A stretch of 64,000 nt of DNA, taken from positions 8,000,001 to 8,064,000 of the forward strand of contig CM075996.1 of NCBI GenBank assembly GCA_038087875.1, written 5' to 3'. The first letter of the stretch is position 1. Every line of letters begins with the position of its first letter. The DNA is from Malacoraja senta (lineage: Eukaryota). The position numbers were made by a program, and so were the translations under genes. Below are positions 11,826-22,143 of the stretch, in pieces. Below the pieces are notes generated by a model. It was given only the letters and a program-made list of their open reading frames with translations. It was not told where the DNA came from and did no database searches.

Positions 11826-12779
11826 ATAACGGATTTCAGTTATAGCGGACGGACCTGCCGACGTCACCCTGGCTCGCTGACACTGACATGACGCGCTCGG
11901 TCACCATGAGGCTCCCTCCTCTCTCACCAGCTTCTGTCGGCCTGTCGTCCACTCGTCCTCTCCTCTCTCCCCCCCTCCCCCCTCCACAGCGCCGCTTCCT
12001 CTCTCCTCCCCCTTCACCCCTGGTCTTGCTGACATACCCCATCTCGGAGGGTCTCTGCTGTTGTGGGGTGGGGGGGGGGGGCGCCTGGTTGTTAGCGTTG
12101 GACTAAGGGGGTGCTGAAGGCCGAGGACTGTGGTGGCGGCCAAATCGGCCATGCGGTAGTGTAGCTGATGGGGATGAGCCCGCTGGTGCAGACCAGCGGC
12201 ATCGGCCCCCAGTTTTAAGATGAAACGACACTAAGTGTAGGAGTAACAAATAACTCAGCAGACTGAATCGTTCTGATGAAGGGCCCGACGTCCTGTATCC
12301 ACGTTCTCCAGAGATGCTGCTGACATGCTGAGTTACTCCAGCATTTTGTGTCCTTTTGTGCATTAACCATCATCTGCAGTTCTTTGTTCAGTTTAGTTTA
12401 GAGATACAGCGCAGAAACAGGCCCTTCAGCCCACCGATTCCATGCCGACCAGCGATCCCTGCACACTAACACTATCCTACACACACTAGGGATAATATAT
12501 ATTTATACCAAGCCAATTAATCTACAAACCTGGACGTCTTTGGAGTGTGGGAGAAAACCCACGCACGTCATGGGGAGAACATACAAACTCTGTGCAGATA
12601 GCACCCGTAGTCAGGATCGAACCTGGGTCCCTGGCATTGTTAGGCAGCAACTCTACCACTGCGTCACCGTGCCGCACTCTACCTACCAAGGTAATAAACT
12701 ACTCTGTTATAACGGACAAACTGGCAATTAGGGACACCACTCTTTCCCTCCAATGGTCTGTTATAACGAGGTTTTACTG
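11826..12779. mobile_element. Tc1/mariner (Tigger/pogo-like) non-autonomous remnant with nested repeats
   Basis: Right end gttataacgaggttttactg followed by TA; repeated ttataacgg subterminal motifs at both ends; left TIR lost. Confidence 0.5.
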
Positions 12780-13324
12780 TATATCTATTTCCAATATATA
12801 TCGTTCCTCAACAAGCCCTTGTGACCAGTTGAAGTATGAGATATGTGAAGATACGTGAAGTACCTGAATGGCTCGATTGTAATTATGTATTGTCTTTCCA
12901 CTGAGTGGTTAGCACGCAACAAAAGCTTTTCACCGTACCGCGGTACACGTGACAATAAACCAAACTCTCTCCATCCCTCCCCCATCCTAGTTCTCTGATC
13001 AGTCTGACTGTCCTCCTGAGGAAATTTTATCTTTGTATGCTTTCTTGTCACTTTTCCCTAGCTAACAGTGATCTATTCTAAATATTTATTTTTTCTTTGT
13101 CCCCTTTGATGTCTCGTTTTCACACGTTACCCTTCCTTATCTCTGTGTCCTCTTCTCCCTGACTCTCGGTCTGAAGAAGGGTCTCGACCCAAAATGTCAC
13201 CCATTCCTTCTCTCCCGAGATGCTGCCTGTCCCGCTGAGTTACTCCAGCTTTTTGTGTCTGTCTAAACTAAAGATCCAGTCTGTGTGGCCCTGACCTCTC
13301 TGATTTTGTTTCCTCTGTGTTCAG

Positions 13325-13480
13325 ATGCTGGATGTTTATTCGGGCCGGGGCTTCCACAACCTGGAATTTGACAGCAAGTTCACTGTCACCGTCAACCCAA
13401 GCGGAGTGGTTATGCTCTATGTGTATCCAGGAGAGCAGCAGCTGAACAGAAGGCCTGAAGCCTACCCAGTGTTGCTGTGA
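13325..13480 (+). CDS. NAGA: NAGA last coding exon: MLDVYSGRGFHNLEFDSKFTVTVNPSGVVMLYVYPGEQQLNRRPEAYPVLL*
   Basis: Pyrimidine tract plus ttcag acceptor; DVYSG...FTV..NPSGVVM.Y.YP matches the NAGA C-terminus; TGA 13478-13480. Confidence 0.92.
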   Translation: MLDVYSGRGFHNLEFDSKFTVTVNPSGVVMLYVYPGEQQLNRRPEAYPVLL

Positions 13481-13570
13481 AGGAGCCTCTATCACCATGG
13501 CAACAGAAGGCCCAAAGCCTGTTGCTGTGAAGGAGCCTCTATCACCTTGGCAACAGAAGGCCCAAAGTCT
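13471..13570 (+). repeat. 50-bp tandem duplication overlapping the NAGA stop codon
   Basis: gttgctgtgaaggagcctctatcacc(a/t)tggcaacagaaggcccaaag(c/t)ct twice, plus degenerate partial units on both sides. Confidence 0.9.
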
Positions 13571-15362
13571 ACCCACTGCTGCAGTGAAGCAGCTTTAATC
13601 GCTATGGAGGTGTCCGGTCTTCAATTCCAGTTTGGTGTATTTACTCTTTGAATGCACATTTGATTTGCAAATTGAGCATATTTCATGCTTATGGTTGGCT
13701 TTTCTGAAGGGGTCGCTATTCTCTTTTGCCTCTTTTGATGGTTTATGTTTAATTCAGTCTTCCTGTGATTATGCTGCCTCTGGTAGTCAGAAGGCTAAGC
13801 AGTCAACTTGGAAGTTCTGCCCTAGATCTCATGGTCACTGCTGAACAGTGAATGTTCAGACTCTCAGGTAAAAGTACTCATCTCTATAGGGAGGCCATTC
13901 AGCCTATCTTAGGTCGGGCCAACCCCAATTCCTCCATACTCATCCCTAATTCCTCCATACTCATGTGTAGGAAGGAACTTCAGTTGCTGCTTTCAACCGA
14001 AGATAGACACAAAGCTGGAGTAACCTCTGTGGGTCAGACAGCATCTCTGGCGAAAAGGAATTGGTGACATTTCAGGTCGAGATCCTTTTCAGACTGAAAG
14101 GCAGTCAGATGAAGGGTCTCAACCTGAAACGTCACCTATTCCCTTTTCTCCAGAGATGCTGTCTGACCCGCTGAGGTTACTCCAGCTTTTTGTGCCTATC
14201 CTCCGTATTCATACAGTAAATGGGTACAATTAAAACCCTGCACGAGTATAACAGGTGGGGCAAAGAGCTAAATAAACAGGGTGCAGAAATTAGTGTTACA
14301 GCTGCAGCGAAAAGTACAGATATAAAAAGCCGCTAGAGATGGTGGCGTGATAGCACATTGGGTGTTTTTCCCTTCACTTAAAGGGTGCTAGTTGTAAGTT
14401 TGAGGGACCATAATTGCTGTTATTGAACCATGCCTATCCTTGAAGCCGACAACACAGAATGTGGGCAATGGGTCCCTTGAACTTGTGTTGTTTGAAAGAG
14501 TAGAGTGTTTGTTAACCATACATGATTCTGCACATTTTTCCAATTCCATTATTTGTCTGGAAGGAACTGCAGATGCTGGTTTTAAACCGAAGATAGACAC
14601 AAAATGCTGGAGTAACTCAACGCGACAGGCAGTATCTCCGGAGAGAAACACCCATTCCTTCTGTGAGTTACTCTGCGTACAGGGTGATCGCTCATTGGGG
14701 TGGGCTGTAGGGCCAGAGTTACTCCAGCATTTTGTGTCCATTATTTATCTAGTTCCCTTTCGCAAGTTACCAACGAGTCAGCTTTCACTACCATTTCCAT
14801 GAGTGTTTATAGATTGTAATGGTTGGACAATTAGGTTTTGTTGTCCCTTGAGCATCTTAATATTCCTTTATCAAATTATTTTAAATGCATTGGAAGGAAC
14901 TGCAGATGCTGCTTTATACCAAAGATAGACACAAAATGTTGGAGTAACTCAGCTGGTCAGGCAACATCTCTTGAGAAAAAGAATGGGTGACGTATCGGGT
15001 CAGAACCCTTCTTCAGACTGAAGAAGGATTCCGACCCGAAGCATCATCTATTCTTTTTCTCCGGGATGCTGCTTGACCCGCTGAGTTACTCCAGCATTTT
15101 GTGTCGACATTTTTGTTTAAATCCCAAATATCCCAAAACCTCCAGTTGAGGCTAACTCCATTATTAAATTTCATCTTCTCTTTACTGAACAAGGCCCTGG
15201 GATTCATTGTGAATTATCCCACACCATTGCAGCCACATTGTGATGGTGTTGAAAGATTAAATGGCGGTGGATCGAGTACCAAAGGGTGAGTTAACTTTGG
15301 ATAGCAAAAATGAGCTTATTGTTTTTAAATCAACTTGTTCCTTCTGTGAGTTTGTATTTTTC

Positions 15363-15368
15363 AATAAA
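15363..15368 (+). terminator. Candidate NAGA polyadenylation signal
   Basis: AATAAA followed by a GT/T-rich element (ctgttgctgtggtgttttt), about 1.9 kb after the stop. Confidence 0.45.
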
Positions 15369-16247
15369 ATGGTACCATGTTCTGTTGCTGTGGTGTTTTT
15401 AAATTACATTTCTTAACTTAAGTGAGGCAAAATGAAGTTGTCAGTAAGATGTGCAGCATGAAAGCAGGCCCTTCGGCCCAACATGCCCATGTTCATCCCT
15501 GGTAACATGAAACCAATGCAAATCAAGTCAAGTCAAGTCAAGTGAGTTTATTGTCATGTGTCCCTGGTAGGACAATGAAATTCTTGCTTTGCTTGAGCAC
15601 AACAGAACATAGTAGGCATTTACTACAAGGCATTCTATAAATATATACATAAATCAACTCCATCTACGCTCCACGCTGCCTTAGCAAAGCCACCAGCATA
15701 ATCAAGGACCAGTCTCACCTTGGTCACTCCCTCTTCCATCAGAGAAGAGGTACCGAAGTTTGAAAACTCATACCTCCAGATTCAGAGACAATTTCTTCCG
15801 GCTGGTATAAGACAACTGTACCATCCTATCACTAACTAGAGAGTTACCTCATTGGAGACCATTGGACTCTCTTTATCCTGTATCTGTACACTGTGGACGG
15901 CATGATTGCAATAGTGTATAGTGTTTTTGCTGACTGGATAGCATGCAACAAAAAAGATTTTCACTGTACCTCGGTACACATGACAATAATAAACTATTAT
16001 TGCAGAGTTTGCACGTTCTCTCTGGTTGGTTTCCCCATACAAAGACGTGCAGGTTTGCAGGTTAATTGGGCTTCTGTAAAGGGAGTGAATGAGTAAGTGG
16101 GATAACATAGAGCTAGTGTGATCAGTTGGAATTCGGTGGGCCGAAGGCCTATGTCCATGCTGTATCTCTACCTCTGCTATCCATGCACCTGTCCAAATGC
16201 CTTTTAAATGTTACTTTACGTTGCCCAGCGCAAACTAGCAGCTTCCT

Positions 16248-16281
16248 GGTCTGAAGAAGAGTCTCGACCCGAAACGTCACC
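16248..16281 (+). ncRNA. Minimal hammerhead ribozyme motif in a Penelope-like repeat
   Basis: ggt CTGAAGA A GAGTC-TC-GACCC GAAAC GTC acc; helix I GGU/ACC, one mismatch in helix II. Confidence 0.58.
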
Positions 16282-16700
16282 CATTCCTTCTCTCCGGAGA
16301 TGCTGCCTGTCCCGCTGAGTTGCTCCAGCATTTTGGGTCTGCTATCTTCGGTATAAATATTGACTTCTCTAACTTCAAGTAGCCCTTCTCTCTCCATCCC
16401 TCCCTCTTCCCAGTTCTCCGACCAGTCTGGCTGTCCCCCTGATTACAATTTATCTCCGTGTGCTTCCTTGTCACCTTCTCCTATTTAACAATGATCTATT
16501 CTACATTTTCCTTGAACCTCATCTTTTTTGATGCTTCGTATTCACATCTTACACTTCCTTATGTCTGTCACCTCCTTCCCTGACTCTCCGTCTGAAGGTT
16601 CGACTCGAAACGTCACCCATTCCTTCTCTCCATAGATGCTGCTGCCTGTCCCACTGAGTTACACCAGCACTTTGTTGCCTATCTAAGGTGTAAACCAGCT
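16248..16700 (+). mobile_element. Penelope-like fragment with partial tandem terminal repeats
   Basis: Hammerhead repeat, then ggtataaatattgacttctctaacttcaagtag (G.NIDFSNFK*), 3' UTR, and a second hammerhead-type repeat near 16592. Confidence 0.62.
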
Positions 16701-18596
16701 CCTACAAGGCGAAATCAGGAGGCAGCTCGAATGTCGGCGAAACATCACTCCCTGATGAGCTCAATACATTTTACGCACGCTTTGATAGGGAGAACACCGA
16801 TGTGCCTTCCCGAGCCCCCATTCGCTGTGATGGTATTTCAGTCTCAGTCACAGAGGCCGACGTCGGGAAATCCTTCAGAGGGGTGAACCCTCGAAAAGCG
16901 CCTGGACCTGATGGTATACCTGGTCGTGTTCTAAAAACCTGTGCGGACCAACTGGCTGGAGTTTTTACGGACATTTTCAACCTCTCACTTCTGAGGTCTG
17001 AGGTTCCCACCTGCTTCAAAAGGGCATCAATTATACCAGTGCCCAAGAAGAGAGAAGAGTAAGGTGACGTGCCTCAATGACTATCGACCTGTGGCACCAA
17101 CGCCTGTGGTGATGAAGTGCTTTGAGAGGTTGATCATGGCGCAAATCAACTCCTACCTCGACAAAAAGCTGGACCCACTGCAGTTCGCTTACTGCCACAA
17201 CAGATCAACGGTGGATGCGATCTCGCTGGCCCTCCACTCCGCTCTGGACCACTTGGACAACAAAAACTCATGTCAGGCTGTTATTCATTGATTACAGCTC
17301 AGCATTTAATACTATCATCCCCTCCAAGCTGGTTACCAAACTCTCAGAACTGGGTCTCTGCGCATCCCTCTGCAATTGGATCCTCGACTTCCTCATTCAC
17401 AGACCACAGTCTGTTCGTATTGGTGGAAATGTGTCAGACTCGATAACAATCAGCACGGGAGCACCTCAAGGCTGCGTGCTCAGCCCCCTGCTGTACTCAT
17501 GACTGCGTAGCCGGTCATAGTGCGAACTCCATCATCAAGTTCGCTGACGACACCACTGTTGTGGGACGTATCACTGATGGGGATGAGTCAGAGTATAGAA
17601 GAGAGATCGAGCAACTGTCCATAAGGTGCCAGCACAATAACCTGGCCCTCAACACCAGCAAAACCAAGGAACTGATTGTGGACTTTGGAAGGAGTAGGAT
17701 GGGGACCCACAGTCCCGTTTATATCAACAGGTCGATGGTTGAAAGGGTCAAGAGTATCAAATTCCTGGGCGTGCACATCTCTGAAGATCTCTCCTGGTCC
17801 GAGAACACTGATGCAATTATCAAGAAACCACATCAGCGCCTCTACTTCCTGAGAAGATTACGGAGAGTCGGTTTGTCAAGGAGGACTCACTCTAACTTCT
17901 ACAGGTGCACAGTAGAGAGCATGCTGACCGGTTGCATCATGGCTTGGTTCGGCAACTTGAGCGCCCTGGAGAGGAAAAGACTACAAAAAGTAGTAAACAC
18001 TGCCCAGTCCATCATCGGCTCTGACCTTCCTTCCATCGAGAGGCTTTATCGCAGTCGCTACCTCAAAAAGGCTGGCAGCATCATCAAGGACCCACACCAT
18101 GCTGGCCACACACTCATCTCCCTGCTACCTTCAGATAGAAGGTACAGGAGACTGAAGACTTCAACGACCTAGTTCAGGAATAGCTACTTCCCCACAGCCA
18201 TCAGGCTATTAAACTCGGCTCGGACAAAACTCTGAACATTAATAACCTATTATTTGCACTTTATCAGTTTATTTATTGATGTGTGTATATATTTATATAA
18301 TGGTACTAGACTAAGTGGGACCCGTTGGGTCTCATGTTCACAAGGAGGGCTGGTCCCTCGACGCAATATTCCACCTCTCCACCAATTCCAATATTGGTGG
18401 CCAGTGGGGGGGGGTTTCTGGAGCGCTGGTATGGGTGTTGTTGGCTGCAGGGACTACTGGTCTCCAGAGGGCTAGTATGGACATTGTGGGCCAAATGGAT
18501 TATTGGGTTGGCAGCTCAGTCCCTCAAGCCTGATGTGCTGGCAGCTCACTCACAGCTGTTGGGCTGGCAGTTGACTCACGGCTATTTCTTGAAATT

Positions 18597-18945
18597 CCAT
18601 TTCAAGCAGAGTGCAAGGCCACCAAATTCAAATCCCATTTTCCTACCATTTCAAGCAGGGTGCAAGGCCACCAAATTCAAGTGCAGTTTCATACCACTTC
18701 AAGCAGGGTGCAAGGCCACCAAATTCAGGTTCAGTTTCCTACCACTTCAAGCAGGGTGCAAGGCCACCAAATTCAAGTGCAGTTTCATACCATTTCAAGG
18801 AGGGTGCAAGGCCACCAAATTCAAATGCAGTTTCATACCATTTCATGCAGGGTGCAACGACACCACATTCAAATGCAGTTTCATACCATTTTGTGCAAGG
18901 CCACCACATTCAAAATGCAGTTTCATACTATTTCAAGCAGGGTGA
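18597..18945. repeat. 48-bp minisatellite A within the Helitron (about 7 copies)
   Basis: Unit ttcaagcagggtgcaaggccaccaaattcaagtgcagtttcatacca(t/c); 16-aa periodicity in overlapping ORFs. Confidence 0.9.
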
Positions 18946-19177
18946 AACCACCATAAAAACCACCATAAAACCACACAAAACACCACACTCACAGTTCAGT
19001 AAACATTCAGTGTGTTCAGTTGATTCACAGCTCAGACAGATCGTCACCTCTCCCTCCCCATCATGCAGAGACTGAGCCACACCCACACTTCCGGGTTTTA
19101 TAATCCCTCCCCCTCCCCCCAGAAAAGGTGTGGCCTTTCATGGCTGATTGACAGGAGAGAGATTCTCAACATTTTTT

Positions 19178-19501
19178 TATTTTTTATTTATTTCTATTTT
19201 TATTAGAAGTATTGTACAGTGCCGTGATCTCAAACAAACATAAAATTATTCATTTCTTGTACCACTTCTTATTTTAAACTTTAATAAGAAAAAAGATAGA
19301 GAGAGTTAGCAGAGATAGTAAGTGAGTGAGTGGAAGAGTGGTCCAGGGAAACCCGTAGGGACCTAAACCACAAGAAAGAGTTAAACAAAAAAAAACAAAA
19401 GAAGGAAAAAGAAAAAAAAAGTAAGATAAGATAAGACAAGATAAAAGGGATGTACCTACTTCATATCTTTACTCACCCCTCACCAGGTCTTGAAACCATT
19501 T
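19178..19501 (-). mobile_element. 5'-truncated poly(A)-tailed LINE 3' end (L1/Tx1-like) inside the Helitron
   Basis: T-rich left end; ~18-bp TSD agattctcaacatttttt (19160-19177 / 19502-19519); 3' end tgtacaa..cttctaataaaaat is shared with 44409-44586. Confidence 0.65.
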
Positions 19502-19676
19502 AGATTCTCAACATTTTTTAAACACTAATAACACTTTTGTTTTTCATTGATGGGAAGAATCCTCTGCACCTGATGAGCGGAGGGGAACTGAGTAAGATGG
19601 CCAAAATCAAAGCCGTAAGTGGTAGCGTTTTATCTAAAATCAATATAGTGCAAACAGGAAGTTGTCAAGTTTAGAC

Positions 19677-20052
19677 AAACAACAATTTGCAGGCAGTGCC
19701 TTTTCACTTCAACCCAAACCCCCCAAACAACCATTTGCAGGCAGTGCCTTTCCACTTCAACCCAAACCCCCCAAACAACCATTTGCAGGCAGTGCCTTTT
19801 CACTTCAACCCAAACCCCGCAAACAACCATTTGCAGGCAGTGCCTTTTCACTTCAACCCAACCCCCCCAAACAACCATTTGCAGGCAGTGCCTTTTCACT
19901 TGAACCCAAACCCCCAAACAACCATTTGCAGGCAGTGCCTTTTCCCTTCAACCCAACCCCCAAACAACCATTTGCAGGCAGTGCCTTTTCACTTCAACCC
20001 AACCTCCCCAAACAACCATTTGCAGGCAGTGCCTTTTTACTTCAAACCAACC
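19677..20052. repeat. ~48-bp minisatellite B within the Helitron (about 8 copies)
   Basis: Unit aaacaaccatttgcaggcagtgccttttcacttcaacccaaacccccc. Confidence 0.9.
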
Positions 20053-20471
20053 ATATTTTCATTTTCAAACCACATTAAGGGCACTCACAGTTGAGTAGAC
20101 ATGTGTTCAGTGTTATTCAGAGCTCAGAGAGACGTGAACCTCTCACTTCCTCCATCTTGCAGAGACTGAGTGAGGCACGCCACTTCCTGGTTTTATAGTC
20201 CCTTCCCCTCCCTCCAGCAGGGGCAGCAGGGAGAATGGCAAATTTTTAAAAAACATTAATATCTCTCTGAATTTTCATCGATGGGAAAAATCCTCTGGTC
20301 CCGGAAGGCGGAGGGGGACTCTCAGCGAGCTGGCCAAAAATGACGGCCGTAGGTGGCGGCGTTCTCTCGGAAATCACAGCAGAGCGAGCCCAAAAGTGGG
20401 AAAGATCAGACTTTTAGTAATACAGATATGGACACACTGATCTGTTTTGTAGTCAATGCCTACTATGTTCT

Positions 20472-20687
20472 AGAAGGAACTGCAGATGCTGGAAAATCGA
20501 AGGTACACAAAAATGCTGGAGAAACTCAGCGGGTGCAGCAGCATCTATGGAGCGAAGGAAATAGGCAACGTTTCAGGCCGAAACCCTGTCTTCAGTCTGA
20601 AGAAGGGGTTTCGGCCGAAACGTTGCCTATTTCCTTCGCTCCATAGATGCTGCTGCACCCTCTGAGTTTCTCCAGCATTTTTGTGTA
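20472..20687. mobile_element. Palindromic Penelope-derived insertion
   Basis: Near-perfect inverted repeat centred near 20595; 13-bp TSD cctactatgttct (20459-20471 / 20688-20700). Confidence 0.75.
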
Positions 20688-21182
20688 CCTACTATGTTCT
20701 GTTGTGCTGAAGCAAAGCAAGAATTTCATTGTCCTATCAGGGACACATGACAATAACTCACTTGAACTTGAACTTGAACTGGAGCGGGGCTTTATACCCC
20801 CGCGCGGCTTGGAATGGCTGCCGGACTTTGCGGGCGAGCGCCGGGGCTCTAACACCAAGACCCGGTGCGCGACTTTGCATCACCCGGCGTGGCTTTAATG
20901 GCTGCGGGACAATCACCATCGCCCGCCGGGGGCTTTGACTTTGACTCTGACATGGGGGGGGGGGGGAGTGCAGTGGAGAGATACGTTATTTTTGCCTTCC
21001 ATCACAGCGTTGTGATGGATGTATGTGTAAATTGTGTTGTGTCTCGGGTCTTCTTTGTTTTGTATTGTATGGCTGCAGAAACGACATTTCGTTTGGACCT
21101 CAAGGGGTCCAAATGACAAATTTGTCCCTCAAAAGACAAATAAATTGAATTGAATTGGAATTGGAACCTGCAGTTCCTTCCT

Positions 21183-21403
21183 CCAATTACTGTTCAACAG
21201 GGGGCGGAGTTACTGTTCAACAGGGGGCGGAGTCTCACGGCATTGGACCCGCCTACGGAAGCTCTTCGCCAATCACAGCCAGGACCGCGCTGACAGACGT
21301 GGCTAACGGCCAATCAACTGGAAGGCGGGACTACATTATGATGACGGACAGAAAAAGCAGCCATTCAGGGCCTTAAGACCGTCCGGTCTCGCTCAGTGAT
21401 TGG
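21183..21403. promoter_or_regulatory. Promoter-like cluster of GC boxes and CCAAT boxes with no assigned gene
   Basis: Two GGGGCGG in a 23-bp tandem duplication; CCAAT at 21183, 21269, 21310; ATTGG at 21242, 21399; CpG-containing. Confidence 0.4.
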
Positions 21404-21894
21404 TCAATTGATAGAAACATGTAAATTGAAAATCAAATAAAACCAATTTCTGGAAACAAACTGGTAAAACATTAATGGAATTAATGTTCTTTTAGTTGAA
21501 AAGAAATAAAAAGGGCGAGATCTTTCAAACCTGCTGCATCAAATCCAGGAACTGATATTATTTAGTCGCGCTTAATCACCCTGACGCAAAGGAGGGAAAG
21601 CCGACCAGACTTGACCGTGGTCCAAGCTCGAAATGTCCTACGTGAACCGACCTCTAAATCACGCAATTTTTGGGACGGGGAGATGGTGGGAGACCTTGGA
21701 TGAGGCTCTTTCAAATCCCCTCGATGTGTTAAATGATATAAGTAGGAAGGAAGGAACTGCAGATCAAAGATCTGCTGCAGATGCTGGTTTGCCCCAGTGA
21801 TGCAAAATGCTGGAGTAACACAGCGGCAGCATTTCTGGAGAGAAGGAATGGGTAACGTTTCGGGACGAGACACATCACAAATGATATAAGTGAT

Positions 21895-21934
21895 ATAAGT
21901 CTGAAGAAGGGTTTCGGCCCGAAACGTTACCTAT
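21895..21934 (+). ncRNA. Minimal hammerhead ribozyme motif in a Penelope-like repeat
   Basis: ataagt CTGAAGA A GGGT-TTCG-GCCC GAAACGTT acctat. Confidence 0.6.
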
Positions 21935-22107
21935 TTCCTTCGCTCCATAGATGCTGCTGCACCCGCTGAGTTTCTCCAGCATTTTTGTGTACCTTCGATT
22001 TTCCAGCATCTGCAGTTCCTTCTTTAACACATCACAAATGATGTAAGGTACACAAAAATGCTGGAGAAACTCAGCGGGTGCAGCAGCATCTATGGAGCGA
22101 AGGAAAT

Positions 22108-22143
22108 AGGCAACGTTTCGGGCCGAAACCCTTCTTCAGACCC
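22108..22143 (-). ncRNA. Minimal type I hammerhead ribozyme motif in a Penelope-like repeat
   Basis: Minus strand GGGU CUGAAGA A GGGU-UUCG-GCCC GAAA CG UU GCCU: CUGANGA/GAAA core, UUCG-capped helix II, palindromic ACGU helix III, 4-bp helix I. Confidence 0.7.

Larger units (their letters stand above)
18306..20426 (-). mobile_element. Non-autonomous Helitron, 2121 bp
   Basis: Minus strand starts TC(TGTATTACTAAAA) and ends GACCC-AAC-GGGTC-CCACTTAGT-CTAG; inserted between A and T with no TSD; the empty site (tggta|tatggac) is seen in a related LINE copy near 58660. Confidence 0.88.
16740..20780 (+). mobile_element. Rex1/Babar-like non-LTR retrotransposon, 5'-truncated with frameshifted RT; 3' UTR split by the Helitron and a Penelope palindrome
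   Basis: [31 protein letters not shown] and KFADD motifs across frames; tail (cttgaa)n at 20761-20780. Confidence 0.85.

Noticed and set aside
18325..20094. Repetitive ORFs with 16-aa periodicity, and a superficial CRISPR-like look
   Set aside because: Head-to-tail 48-bp minisatellites with no unique spacers, inside a Helitron in vertebrate DNA; no cas genes or splice context
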